64,000 bases of DNA, from contig NIVC01001021.1 of NCBI GenBank assembly GCA_002269645.1, positions 248,001 to 312,000 of the forward strand, in the 5' to 3' direction. Made by a program: the position numbers and the translations under genes. The notes under the pieces are model-generated. The model had not been told where the DNA came from, made no database searches, and saw nothing but the letters and a program-made list of their open reading frames with translations. Below are positions 23,268 to 36,998 of this stretch, piece by piece. Each line of letters begins with the position of its first letter. The stretch's first letter is position 1. The stretch comes from Macrostomum lignano. Its lineage: Eukaryota.

Positions 23268-23814
23268 ATTTAGATGCGGTAGTTGAAGGGTAGATGCGGT
23301 AGTTGAAGGGTAGATGCCATAGTTGAATGGTAGATGCGGTATTTGAATGGTAGATGCGGTATTTGAATGGTAGATGCGGTAGTTGAATGGAAGATGCGAT
23401 AGTTGAATGGTAGATGCGGTAGTTGAATGGTAGTTTTAGTAGTTTAACGATAGATGCGATAGTTGAATGATAGATGCGGTAGTTGAATGGTAGATTCGGT
23501 AGTTGAATGGTAGATGCGGTAGTTGAATGGTAGATTCGGTATTTGAATGGTAGATGCGGTAGTTGAATGGTAGATTCGGTAGCTGAATGGTAGATTCGGT
23601 ATTTGAATGGTAGATGCGGTAGTTGAATGGTAGATGCAGTAGTTGAATGGTAGATGCAGTAGTTGAATGGTAGATTCGGTAGTTGAATGGTAGATGCGGT
23701 AGTTGAATGGTAAATGCGGTAGCTGAATGGTAGATTCGGTAGTTGAATGGTAGATTCGGTAGTTGAATGGTAGATTCGGTAGTTGAATGGTAGATTCGGT
23801 AGTTGAATGGTAGA
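23268..23814. repeat. 20-bp minisatellite (tagatgcggtagttgaatgg), ~27 copies
   Basis: Tandem units read directly. Confidence 0.95.
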
Positions 23815-24651
23815 GACTGCAGCTAAAAAAACTGTGAAGAAGCAATTATAGAAATTGGTTTTGTGGGCGCACAAAAATTCTATTCGTAATCATAAATTCA
23901 CACATTATAGTTGGTGGCATCAGTGTCTGGCTCACTTTCATGCGCTTGCACTCTTATGCATAGTCACAACTGAAAGCCGCGCAGCAAGACATTTGTTCAC
24001 CTGAGACGCATCCATAGACTCAATAGCCTATCCCCCAACGCTCCAACTCACAGATCCCTCAAAAGGGGAGAGAGGACGAAATTCCTGTTCTCCTGGACAT
24101 TCTGCCTCGCGCACTCATCCCCAGTCAAAATTCCCTCTCCTTTACCTCAGCGGTGAGGTACTTTGGCTGCTGCTACCCCGTACCTCTCTCTCTGTCCTTC
24201 ACTTTTTTCCCTCTCCCTTATAGTCCCTCAATAGATCCTAGCAGATCCCCGGATAGGAAAAGACCAGGAGAGACACGAAGGATTTGGGCGTATCCCAGGG
24301 GAGAGACTCGCGCTGACTCATGCCACTGCCGCGCCCCAGTGAGGTTGCCTGCTAGGCATACAATGGCAACTGCGGGGACGAGACTGGACTACTGCTCAAT
24401 AGGGAGGCATTGGGGGTGAGGTGAAAGGGCTTTAGTAGAGAACAGTCGGCATTCTCTCTCACTCTGTAGGCAACCTCTCCTCACAAACCATTGGCTGTCG
24501 TAAAGGGAAACGCAGCTAGATTTATATATATTGTACGAGAGGTTTACAACACCTTATAGCCTAGCAGAAACAGGAGCCGTAACTGTCAAATCTTTCAAAT
24601 CGGAACTCCCAGCACAGACTGATTCGCTGCGTGAGAACTGTCCCAAGCAGA

Positions 24652-27600
24652 ATGGCACACATTCTTCGGGTGATTGCGCTCGCAGTCTTTTTGATAAGCA
24701 TCTTGCATCCGGAATTGAGTTGCGCTCTTCCAGCCGATTGGGAAGATTCAAATCTACCAGTGGACTCGGCGGTTGAAGTAAATCGCGTCAAACGTCAATC
24801 GACGGGTATTAGCCGGACAATAGTGCCAGTGAATGACAGCGCTGAGCCTGGTGGGTTTCTATTCTCGGCTGTGAATCCACCCAGCCCGATGGAGCGATAC
24901 GCCTTCGACGCTCCGGAGCCTACGGAGCTGACCATCGACGCTACCACCGGTCGGGTGTCGCTGAGAGTCGGGCAAGAGCTCAGCTACGCCAGGGTTGACC
25001 AAAGGCAGATCAACTTCACCGTACTGGCTAGGACTATTGATGGACGAGGATGTAAGATCCTTAGACTTGGCCTGTTGAATCGATACGAATTTTAAATAAT
25101 AATTATTAACTTTTATAACTCTGTCAAACACACTGCAGTGTACCGTCGTATGGATTTTCAATTGCAATTGCAACCAACCTCTGCGAGGCCAGTCTTTTTG
25201 CCATTCTCCAAGAACATCTGGACTGCTTTGTACCGACAGACAGCCACAATGGACGGCGCTATAGTCTACCAGTTGAGGGTTAGTGTGTTTCATACAATGC
25301 GTTTGCAAGGTCGTGAGAGTCTTTTTCACTACTGAAATCCGACCTTGGGGTTACAGAACCGTTTCTGTATACTTGCCTAAGGACGTCAGCTTGCGTTCGT
25401 ATAGAAGCCTAAGGAAAAGCATCACAGTCGGTGTGTAGGGTATGGTGTTTTGTCTAGACGCGTCGGACCCGACCCCTGGTTCGATTCGGTGCGCGGCCAC
25501 ATTCAGGTGTGTGCCCAGGAGTCAGTGGAATGGGCAGAATCGCGTCACCGCTGGTTGTAAGGCGATGTCGCCGAGGGCGTTGCACCAGGGTGCCCGCAAC
25601 CGTCCTGCCAATTTTTATTTTTATAAGGGTTTGAGATGTATCGTATATAACTTGAAGCCAACCAACGGACCGTTCACAGACGTCAGTGCCAACCAACATG
25701 ACTTCGGCTTTGTCCTACGAGTTTATACCGGGCATGACCAACAGATCGGAGGGCCGGTTCCGCGTTGTTCCAGATCTGGGCTACGTTGTCACCAAGCTGA
25801 ACGACGGCTATCCACCAGCGCCCAAGCACTACGAACTGGGCGTGCGAGCGGTTAACAATGATAGCGCCACGCCGCTAACCAAGTACGGCTACGCCTTCGT
25901 GCGGGTGTACACCACCTACCAGAATCCGCAGTTCTCTCAAGACAGCTACACATTCTACCTGTATGAAGAGTCGGCTGGGTTCAGGTGAGCAGAAGTGCAC
26001 AGTCGACTTATTTTAAATTAGTAGATATTTTCTCATTTCGGGTTTTACGGGCACGCAATGTGTGAATAATGAGTAAAATTCCTTAGACCATTTTCCAACC
26101 AACGACTACCGCAGTAAAATGGAAGTAGCACATGCTTCGTCATGAATTCAGATAAACTAGTTTACAGATGAGTAAGAGTAGGATTAACTGTTAGCTAAAT
26201 AAAAACTGGTAAATTATCATTTATAATTAATAAGATTCTCACCGTCCTAAGAGATTTCTAGGCACATAAAAAGCATTAAAACTGTGCGTATACAGTCCCA
26301 TTCTCGAAATTTGTGTGCTTCTATTGTAAGCTAAAGTTAAAAAATGTGTTATTTTAAGTGACAGTCCAAATTTAGAAACAGGGCGGACTGGGTGAATAAT
26401 CTCTTTGAATAGCCGGTATGCACAAAATGCTTCCAGCCTACTCATAGTAGACGGATAGTTTTTCTAAGCAGGAAAGTTAAAAAGCGTACCATTTTAATGC
26501 AGCATTGGACAGGTACTGTGCATGTCGATCAACAACATCTGGTCGACGGTTACTCTCTCCTCGAAGATGGGCCCCGACTTCAACGGTGTCTTCTCAATGA
26601 GCACCAACGGGGTCGTGTCGTCTTTGACTCGACTAGACTACGACCTGCCATTCGCTCAGAAAGTCTGGTACTTCACCGCCGTGTGCACTGAAAACGCCAC
26701 AGACCCTTCACCCAGATCTTCGGAAGTAGAGGTGGTCATTCGCTTGCTAGACATCAACGACAACAGGCCTTATTTCCAGTTGCCTTACTACGTGAAGCCT
26801 ACAACGACACCAGAGAGTCTGGCAGTCAACTCCGAGGTGTACCGAGTACCCGGCTTCGACTTGGACTCGGCGCCGAACGCGCTGCTGACTTATACGCTTA
26901 CAGGAACCAACAGTGCCTGGTTTAACGTCAGCACCGACCCAGTTACTAGGGAGGCAATAATCTACGTGCAAAGGTGAGTTCTTCGAATCTCTAAGTTGAA
27001 TTGCGGCTTTTCGACTTCTTAACGTCTCAGTGGACGTACGGCTGTACGTACGATACAAGCTGAAAAACAAAACTCTGCACTTGGCCTTTGACAGCCCATT
27101 GGACTACGATATTCTGCCAGTAGTGACCCACATCGCCCAATTCGTCATCTCGGTCTCCGACGGCGTCTCAACCGGAGTATCACCGCAGCCGAGCGCCACC
27201 GTATTCATACCGCTGCAGAATTCCAACGATAATCCGCCGCAGATGCGCAACTTTACCGCTTCAGTTCAGCGCAAATCAACTGCTGGCGTTATCATAATTC
27301 AGCTGCAGGCGCAGGATATCGACGGCTCTGGTGTTAACTACTACTTCTGGACTGGAGGTACGGCTCTTTGCCTGACCTGCAAATTTGTAATTTAGAAAGT
27401 AAAAAGTATGCTTACGAGTACATTAACTTTCTAACGCTTTGAACAGCTCAATTTTAAATCTCATCGAAATGAAGGAATCCTTCGTTTAACTTCAAACTTA
27501 CGACAGTCGAAAACGCAAGTGTACTTGGGGGTGGGCAAAGTAGCTCATTGGTAAAGTGTCAGACTTTCGCTCAAAAGTAACCTGAGTTTGATTTCATTCC

Positions 27601-30600
27601 ATGCTCTGCGATAAATTTGCCTCTGTGACTTGACATTCGATTCACTCCAAATGAAGGTCAACATTCAGTGCTCAGATTTTCACATGTAAACTTAGTGCCC
27701 ATGCTCTAAAGTCATCAACTAAAAATATGGGAGCGGCACTTTCAGGATTATTTAAAAATAGAGCCCCAATTAGTTTTGAACTAATGAAACGTTTTACTTA
27801 AAAAATTTTGACGCTATTTAAAATGAAGTTTTTCTAAGCTACCAAGCTTCGGCACTGTACACAACTCAGTCAACCACCTACATTTTAGCCGCTAGCGCTC
27901 AGTACCCATCAGCTGGCAATCCCCAACTGGTGATAGATGAGAAGACTGGCATAGTGACAGTTGGCTCGGCTACTCTGTCCAGTGCAACCGACGCCCGGTA
28001 CGAAATTCCAATCCGCGCAATCGATGACGGCAGCTGCGACGGCTGCCCGCCAGGCGCCACAACTCCGCTAAGAAGCGAAATCGGCTATCTCACTTTGACT
28101 GTGGTCGATTCCAACAACGTTGCTCCAGTTTTTACTAACTGCCCGACTACCAATCCGGAATTTACTGAGCAATCGCCTGTTGATACTCCGTTAGTTCAGG
28201 TAGGTGCAGCAAAACTTTACTGACCGAAAGATTTTAAATAACATTGAATGCCAATTTTTTGCAGTCTCTTCACTTTTACCTACCGTCTAAAATACATCCA
28301 GGTCAATGCTGTCAACCAAGACGGGAGCACAAGGGGCGGCATTCAATATGCAATCGTGTACAACACGCTCATCTCGGCCCCGGAAGACTATTTCAAAGTG
28401 AACGCCACAACGGGTACCATCTCTTCAAACTCCGTGATCGACATTGAGCAGATTCCGATGGTCACCTTGAAAAACTACTTCTGGCTCACGGTCAGGGCGA
28501 CAAACATCTTCAACGGGTTGTCTTCTTATTGCACCTTCCAGGTGAACTTTATTGACATCAACGATGAGCCGCCGGTGTTTGATCAGGATGAATTTTTTAC
28601 CCGTGTCATTGACTCGTCCCTTCCGAGCGGCTCATTCGTTGGCGAGATCTCTGCCTACGACCCGGACGTGCCGAACACACAGATGTCTACAGTGCAGTAC
28701 TTCATCGTCAGCTCGACGCCAGGAGCGACCTTTACAATCTCTTCGAACAACAACTTGGGCACTATTCGAACCAGCAGCATCCTATCCGGATTCTCAGACA
28801 AAACCATATTTACTCTCACAATCGAAGCCAGGAATCCAGTTCCTTTGACTGGCACAACAAAGACGTGGAATAGAAAAGAGTACCGTATCTATGTTACAAC
28901 CCAGCGAGCGCTATTGCCTCCAGTTGTCAGTAAGTGCTAAAATTAATTGGCCTATTATAAATAGTCTGTGACTTTATCCAAGTTAATGCTCAATGCAGAA
29001 GAGATATATTCTCTAGTGCAATATTAATAACCTTTACCAGATGTGGTTCAATTCGGTAGATATCGATACTAACAAACAAGATTACATATTTTTTCAGCAA
29101 CATCACCGCCCGAATCAACAATAACCGTGAAGGAGAACTTTACGTTAAACGCCATCCTATTTAACATGACGGCGTCGTCGCAAGACGGTGCTACTCGAAC
29201 CTACGAATGGTACGAGCCGGGAAGGGCCAACTACGTTCCAACGAATGCGCCGTTTGGCCGCCATTTTGGCATGCGCAGCGCCTCTAGCACGTCCTGCACC
29301 TCAAACACGTGCAGCGTGGCCGTGTCTCGCAGTTTCGCATTTGAAAACTACAACGTCTTTTACGTCAGAGTGCGAACAAGCTACAAAGATCGCGACCCGA
29401 CTATTGGCGAGATTTACACCGACATCTACAAGCGAGTGCTGATCGAAGACGTGAACAATTGGTGGCCGAACTTCATCACGCGCAGCTACATTGGCAGAGT
29501 TTTCGTGCTTGAGAACGCAGCGAGGAACAGCTTTGTAACCCAGGCGTTTGCCGTCGACTTGGATTTTACTGCTAATTTCAAGCGTGTACGTAGCCGCTCT
29601 ATAACTCATAGTTCTAGCTTAGCAACCCGAAAATATACTAGTTTAGCACTACGTGTTTAATTTACTCAAACCAAATACTTCAGGTTGTGTATTCGCTAGA
29701 CCCAGCAGCCTCAAATGACAGCGCATACTTTTCAATCAATCCAAATACCGGAGCTATCACAACGAACACACTGCCGTCTACTTTCAATGCCGAGGGCACG
29801 CAAACAAATTTCCGACTTCAGGTCGTTGCATCTGATTCTGCTCCATCGTCGCTAGAAGGAGTCATTGGTCCGAATACTAGTGAGTAGTTATTTAGGTCGT
29901 AGTTGATTGAGCCATTGAAGTGTACCAATTTGACTGACTCTATTTTTAAACTAAGATTGTCAGTAAACTGAAATCGAACTAGACAGAACAGTTCAACCCA
30001 AAACAATTAAACAAACTTTAAATTGTTTGAACTTAATCTTTTACAGAAACGTTGGCGCTGGCCATATCAGTTAGCGATGTCAACGACAATGCGCCGTTCT
30101 TTCCCAGAAGCGGCTACTCATTTTCTATTCGCGAGGACGCCGCCATCGGGACAATTGTTGGCAGAGTGAACGGCAGCGATCTCGACGCAAATGACCTGTT
30201 ACGTTACAAAATCTCATCCGGCGATCCGACCTACAGGTTTATCACATTAGTTGACACGGGCGATATTGTAGTTGCCAAGCCGTTGTCTTACTTTGATACA
30301 CCCGTGAGTTTTTTGACTGACTGGCAAGAACATCGCCTTCTTGAATAGATTGTTTCAAGTAAAATAAAAGCATCATCTTAAAATCATCTGCTTATTCCTT
30401 TCCCAGAGCTTCTCACTGACCTACACGGTTAGCGATGGAGTCAATACGGCAACAGCTCAAGTCAACATCACAGTAATCAGTGTATACAATATGGCTCCCT
30501 CATTTATACCGTCCTCCTTTGTCAACATCACAAATGTGACGGAGAATTCACCAGCTCAGACTATTTGGATGGTGAGAAGAATGATTGTTTTGAGCTTTCA

Positions 30601-33600
30601 GGCATCTAAGTACAAGTTTCGATCGTACTGTTAGAAAATTAACAAATCATTGCAGCTAACTGCGCGAAACCGAGGCACGCTACCAGTGAGCTACTCTCTG
30701 ACTGGCAGATGGACAACATCTCCGACCCAGTACTTCTCTGTGAACCCGACAACCGGAGCCCTGTCAACAACGCGCCCCTTAGACAGAGAAGAGTCGCCAG
30801 TGTACCGGTTCAACTCTATCGCTTCAAATGGACTGCAGCAAGCCTACTCTGTTGTAGAAGTGTGGCCTATCGATGCTAATGACAACAGGCCAACTTGGAA
30901 CTTCACTAGTTTATTTGGAATGCTACCAGAAGGCACCGCAGTTGGTGTGCCATTCATGCAGCTGCGAACAAACGATCCAGACACTAGCGGGACGATAAAT
31001 TTTGCTCTGGTTTCTAATCCCACCGACGGCTCTGAATATGTAAGTGTAAATTCAAATGGCCAGGTGATTACTACGGCAAACCTGGGCATTCCTGACAGCG
31101 AGCGGCTGCCGCCTAAAGCTCCATTGGGAATATTCAGCTTCGTTGTGACCGTAACGGACGGAGTTGGCAGCCCAGTTACTGGCACGGCGTCAGTTTCAAT
31201 AGTAGACGTTAACGACAATCCTCCGGTATTCGATCAGGCAGTTTACACCGTTAACGTACCAGAAGTAACTTCCGTCGGTGAAAATATCTTTACAGCTGCG
31301 GCAACTGACGCCGATAAAATTGATGACGGCCAGCTAACTTACCAAAACCTAGACTATCTCGACTACTTTACTGTGAAGAACGTACCCGACATCAATGGAG
31401 GCGCTGTTATTTTAAACAAACAATTGGACTACGAAAACGTGACCATGCCGAAGAGCTTTGTAGTTCGCATCCGCGTGACGGATAGCACGCCACCGCCTTA
31501 CACAGCATCCTGCACACTCATTATTAACGTGGTTGATTCGAATGACAACGCGCCTGTAATCACCTTCAATCCGGCCGCGACTATTACTCGGCAAGAAGGC
31601 CCCACAAGCGTCGGTCCTACTGGTGTCGCGTTTAGTGCCACTGATGCGGATGCCGTAGACACGTCATTTACCTTCTGGGTGCTGCCCGAGTCTGATCCAT
31701 TCAGCAATCTTCAGCTAGCAACGTCGTCAACCGGTGGAACTATCAACATACAGACGGCTCTGAACAGGGAGGTATGGAACCCACCGGCATCTGGAGACGC
31801 AGTGCATAACTATATTATCATGGTTACCGATGGTCGTGGCATGACTGGATCCGCCACCCTCACTGTGACCATTACCGATATAAATAATTCGCCGCCGTAT
31901 CTGCTACCACCGACAGGGGTAACGATCATGGAGAACAGCATAGTGGGAACTGTTGCTCAGCCAACGGGATTGAGGGCTGAAGACAAGGATACACCACCAA
32001 ATGGCGCACCGTTCACCTTTAGCCAGGATGGCAGCGCCGGCAATAACTGGACAGGGAATTTCGTCCTGGACAGTTCTGGCCAAACGTTTAACATTCGTTC
32101 ATTGAAGTCGTTTGACAGAGAGACTGACGGTAAAGAGTTTCTTCTGCGCGTTCTTATCCGAGACAGGGGAGGCCTAACGGGAACTGGCACTGTGACCGTC
32201 ACCATTGGAGACGTAGACGACAATCCAACATTTTCTAATGGATATAAACAAGTTTACGTTTATATTTATGAGGGAAACTACGACTATTGTGAGTTAAACA
32301 TAAATGTAGAAGGCTATCTGATTGTGTTTTTGTAAAAGTACATCATTTTAATACATTTCATGCCGCGATGAACATTTCAGGGTTCAACGCTTCAACTAGA
32401 ATTGAGCTTGGCTACGCTGTTGTATTCGATAGGGACGACTGGGACAGATCATTAAAGACTTATACAATGTCGTCACAGCAGTATTTTGAGTAAGTATAGA
32501 GTTCTATTGGGTGCGGCAATATTACTCTAGAGCATTCTTTATCAGCACTCAACTCGCTTTAACTCTTTAGAATGGACTCCTTGGGCGGCGTCACTCTGAA
32601 AGGTGGAACTCCAGCCAATAACTACACAATTAATGTTGAGGTGAAAGACGCGCAAGGAGTTACTGCCTGGTGCAGGTTTGATGTCACAGTTAACGTACTA
32701 CCAAACGATGCTCTCGCAAACTCTGGCAGCATGGTTATCGACAATATGGACTCCGATGCCTTTGTTCGTCGTGAGAGAGTTCCATCATCTCAAACGCTTG
32801 GCAAGGACAACTTCCCGGATTATATTTCCTCTGCCTACGACAATTTCAAGATAACCCTGGCGAACTTGCTGGGCACAAGATTTGACAAGACGCACATATT
32901 TTACGTGGCCGATATTCCGGGTAGTAGGAGCATCATCGTGCGCTTTACAGCGTCTGGCTCACCATTCTACCTCGCATCTCGTCTGGCGGGTCTAGTCAGC
33001 GTGAATTCGGAAACGTTCACCAAAATGCTCGCCAGATATAATGCCACTATGCGCATGACCCCGTACGATGGATGTCGAAGCGAAACCGATGGTCCGGCAA
33101 TGTGCTCGAGCGGCTGCAAAAACGTGCTGAATATTGAGGGCAGTAATACGACATCGGTGCTTCACAACAGCACGGCTCTTATTGGAATCACTATCACCAC
33201 AGTCGCGCAGTGCGGATGCCAAGCAGCAGCGCGGGTGGCACCCAGTCGCTGCGGTCTCGGAAGCTGCTTTCACGATGGCAACTGCACCAATGTAGCTGGA
33301 AGCAACACTTTCACCTGCCAGTGCCCAGCTGGTTACGAGGGTCCACGCTGTGAGAGACTTCAAGTTGGATTTTCCACTGCGGACAGTTTTCTGGCGCTGA
33401 CGCCGCTTCCGGGTGGCTGCATGAATTTTCACCTGAGATTTTATTTTATCACCAATCAAGTAGCTGCTAGAGTGCTGCTGCTGTACACGGGAATTTCCGG
33501 CGTCTCAAACTCGCTGGCTTCTTCTATAACTATGAAAGACTTTCTAGCAATTGAATTAGTCAATGGCAAGCCGCAGGTTACGATCGAACTTGGTTCGGGA

Positions 33601-36600
33601 GTATCCACTGGCGGACTCCACAATGTGACCTCAGCCCCGGCCCTGAACGACAGCAAATGGCATCGTATCGACCTTTTCTCCGTGATAGGCAAGTTGTACT
33701 TAAAGTTGACGGCTGTCAGGGTGCTCCAACTAGTCTCGATGGCGATCCTACTGCGCCGAATCTCAGCAACTGTCTCGCCTATTGGACGGTGGCCGGAGTA
33801 AGCAAGAAGCTAAATGTCGCCAGCTTCCCATTGTATCTTGGCGGCAGAAACAGCATTGCTTCGGCTAATCAGTACCCTGCCAGCCTGTCTACTACGGGAT
33901 TCATTGGAGCTGTTGCCAAGTTAATGTTTAATTCTGCCTACTATGACTTGTACACTGGACCACGAGCCTGGTACAGCGGCGCGACTAATGACTATGTGCC
34001 TCTGACGGCGTCCTGCAATTCCTCGGATGGAACTAGGCTGTGTCAGAACGGCTGGTGCTGGGGCGCTTTAGGCGGAGCAGTGGGAAGTGGAAGCTGTGTC
34101 TGCTACAGTGGTTATAGAAAAGATGCTAGCGGTCGATGCAGTGTGCCGCTTGAAGTATCCGAGTTAAAGACCAATAGCTACATGCTTTTGAAAGTAAAAT
34201 CAGCTCTCACTGCAGCCTATACTAAGCAAGGAGTGAAACTAGATGTGCAGTTCCGCACTCGTTCGACCGACGGCACACTTCTGCGCGTAACCAGCTCTGA
34301 TCCGTATCGTCCGGAGCTCATGGAGCTTCTGCTTCGTCGTTCACAGTTAGTCTACGTGCAAAACATGGGCGACTACGTTTATCGAGAGGTTGTATTGCCG
34401 AATGCAAACGTCAGCGATGGAGCCTGGCACTGGGTTCAGGTCAGACGAACTCTGCGCGATGTTGAACTGAGCCTAGACAACGGCGAGGACTACAACTATG
34501 CTTACCGGCTGGGAAATCTCACTTCAAATTATAACTACATCGTTTTTGGCGACCTGGCCAGCGTTGGTGCCCAGCTAACCTCAAACTCTACCGGCCTTTC
34601 AATTTCTCCGCCGTCCACTGACCTCGTTGACACCTGCGTCAGCACAGTTCGAATTGACGAAGCGTGGCTGCCGGTCCAAGCTGGCCTAGGAACGAATTCC
34701 GCTGCCATGGCGACCATGAGTGCCAGTTCCAGTATTGTTTCCGGCTGCGCCAATGACCTGGCAGCAGTGTGCCCGGCTTCTGCCACCTGCCCAGCTACTA
34801 TGGTTTGTCTGCCTGCCTGGCGACCGATGTTCATTCCTGTCTGCGGGTGAGTGAGAAGCTTTATTCATGCGTTCTTTAGAAGTCTAACACGAGCCAAAAA
34901 AGAACTTTTACGCTCGCAAACCTTGAAATTTTCACTGGAAGCCGTATTTCGTATTTCGGAGCGATTGTGCGCTTTTGGAGGCTGATTCACGAATTTATTG
35001 AAGGTGGCCTTTAAAAATATTATTAAAGACACTCCACTAGCCTATAGTTGCGTATATTTGAGCAGAAATGTGTTCTCTAAGCGGGTATCGCGAAGTTTCT
35101 CTTTCGCATAAAGTTAGTGAGGTTTTACCATAGACAACCTCGGTCGAGAAAAATACCAGTTCAGTAACCAGAATTGGTTTATTATTAATCACAGACAAAA
35201 CTGTGGTCATAACGTTTATTAATTAAACAGGGGGTTGCAGCTAAAGATCATATATACATATATAAAAAAAAAGATCTATGGTTGCAGCCTGGTTAGAGCG
35301 TCGGACTTACGACTTGAAGGTCGGGGGTTCGTTTCTCGATCTGGAACAATTTGTGTCCTTGAGCAAGACACTTAGCAAGAAACAAGACATTAGCTGGGGT
35401 AATTGAGGCTGTGTGTAGCGACCCCCCTCATCAGTCATCGGACTGAACAGCCATACGCAGCCTTCAGATACGTCCCGGAATAGCTGCGGCTGAGCTGTCG
35501 GTTGCACATCTGGAACAATTGGGGCAGGTGCAATCAATTATTATTATTATTATTAACTAAACACTATCTAACATTGCAGCTGTGAGTCCAGCTTCATTCT
35601 GTACAACGGTCAGTGCCGCGCAGCAGGGGCCTGCCTGTACACCAACCCATGCGTAAATGGCGTCTGCTCACTGGTGGGCGGCTTGCCTCGGTGCACCTGC
35701 AATGCGGGCTGGCAGGGCGACAGGTGCGACGTAGCGGCGTTCGCTTTGGGCAGCGCCAGCCTTATTGTCATCCTGGTGTTGCTCGGCCTGTTCGTGCTTC
35801 TGCTACGTAAGCATGTCGATTGTGTTTATAAATTGATTGACACTTTCTATTCATTTAGCTCCAAGTAAAAAGAGCAACGGGCCTCAGCGGTTAACGCGTC
35901 TGTCTCTACGCATGCACCCCGTGTAAGAAAGAATTTCTATCACTTCTATTTTTACAGTCGCTTTCCTCATCTGGTATTGCTGCTTGGCTGGCCGCAAAGG
36001 TGAAAATCTTCTATTGGATGCCCCGTTCGAGAATGTGATCGACTACAACGAAGAAGGAGGCGGTGAGTAGCTTTATTTTGATGTGAATTTGGCTTCACAC
36101 TAGACACATTTTCAGGGCTTCAAAGTAAAGTGCTCACTGTTCTTTGGCTGCTTGCAGGTCAAGAGGACAAGCTCAACTTCGACATGACCCAACTGAGGGT
36201 ACTCGTCTCGGACACTACCGTTGTGAAGCAGACTGTGACTAGTGAGCTGAATGCCAAACTTCTGACTGTTGCCAATTCTAAACTTTCTGTTATTCTGTAA
36301 TGTAAAGATTTTGCTTCGTAATCTGTTCTCAGTCAGAACTTATCGACTGAGTTGGAGTCGGAGTCGGAGCTTGTGGTTTCGGAGCTTATGGTTTCGGAGC
36401 TTATGGTTTCGGAGCTTATGGTTTCGGAGCTTATGGTTTCGGAGCTTATGGTTTCGGAGCTTATGGTTTCGGAGCCTATGGTTTCGGAGCTTATGGTTTC
36501 GGAGCTTATGGTTTCGGAGCTTATGGTTTCGGAGCTTATGGTTTCGGAGCTTATGGTTTCAGAGAATTTAAAGTCAAAATACGAACACCGAAGATCATCT

Positions 36601-36998
36601 CACAAAATCATCTCTCCACTCCCATCAACCTCGCAGACGTGCAGTCCAGTCGCACCGACTTCAACTCGATGCTGCAGTCCCGTCTCGCACTGGCCGACGC
36701 GGGACCTCAGCCGACGCCGTTCGACGGCGTACTCGACTACGAGTACGAGGGCCGGGGCGCCGTGGCCGACGACCTCGACTCCATCGTTTCCGGCGACAAT
36801 GGCGATCCGCAAAGCTACGAGTTTTTGACCGCCTGGGGACCGAAGTTCACCTCGGTGGCGCAGATTTACACCTGCCGACCGGACGATGCCGACGATCTTG
36901 GCAGCGAGGCCGACGTCGACGATCTGGTTGCTATGGCAACAGCTGGACGCGGCGAGATTGTAACAGCGACCACTGTCACCGCTACGAGACGATCATAA
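24652..36998 (+). CDS. Non-chordate classical cadherin (type III, DN-cadherin-like architecture), 18 exons, ~2806 aa; one apparent -1 frameshift at 33674-33677
   Basis: Exons 24652-25051, 25139-25278, 25680-25984, 26503-26973, 27095-27357, 27889-28199, 28302-28929, 29098-29585, 29684-29879, 30047-30303, 30407-30571, 30656-32288, 32381-32489, 32571-34846, 35580-35806, 35958-36062, 36158-36241, 36637-36998. All are GT-AG with matching phases; summed length 8420 nt (+1 for the frameshift = 2807 codons). Features: signal peptide, RVKR furin-type site, many DxNDNxP / LDRE / DxD cadherin motifs, DRDDWD motif, EGF-LamG-EGF-LamG-EGF, TM, ENVIDYNEEGGGQED juxtamembrane motif and FDGVLDYEYEG...AWGPKF beta-catenin-binding region. 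Confidence 0.93.
25438..25625 (+). mobile_element. Probable second tRNA-headed SINE (family B) in cadherin intron 2
   Basis: gggtatggtg...tagacgcgtcggac...cctGGTTCGATTC head (B box), a GC-rich body unrelated to family A and a T-rich end. It lies between two phase-0 matched cadherin exons. Only one copy seen. Confidence 0.5.
27527..27600 (+). mobile_element. Degenerate tRNA-like SINE head in cadherin intron 5
   Basis: gtagctcattggtaaagtgtcagact (A-box-like) ... gagtttgatttc (degenerate B box); no complete cloverleaf. Confidence 0.35.
35230..35554 (+). mobile_element. CORE-type SINE family A copy 2, cadherin intron 14
   Basis: tggttagagcgtcggacttacgacttgaaggtcgggggttcg...tgtgtccttgagcaagacactta...gctgcggctgagctgtcggttgcacatctg...(att)n. 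The head is interrupted by an AT-rich insert and part of the CORE is missing. Confidence 0.85.
36360..36561. repeat. 15-bp minisatellite (ggtttcggagcttat), ~13 copies, cadherin intron 17
   Basis: Direct reading; source of the VSELM / FRSLW ORFs. Confidence 0.95.

Noticed and set aside
20175-23874. Periodic ORFs at 20175, 22415-22706 and 23248-23874
   Set aside because: Translations of the 33-, 21- and 20-bp tandem arrays.
25442-25855. ORF beginning MVFCLDASDPTPG as a cadherin exon
   Set aside because: Flanking exons join in phase without it; the rest is not cadherin-like and the DNA has a SINE-type B box.
27527-27600. Functional tRNA genes at the SINE heads (also 3.9, 35.3, 47.9, 54.9 kb)
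   Set aside because: No complete cloverleaf or acceptor stem; the heads run into SINE bodies.
36269-36828. FRSLW / VSELM repeat ORFs
   Set aside because: 15-bp intronic minisatellite.
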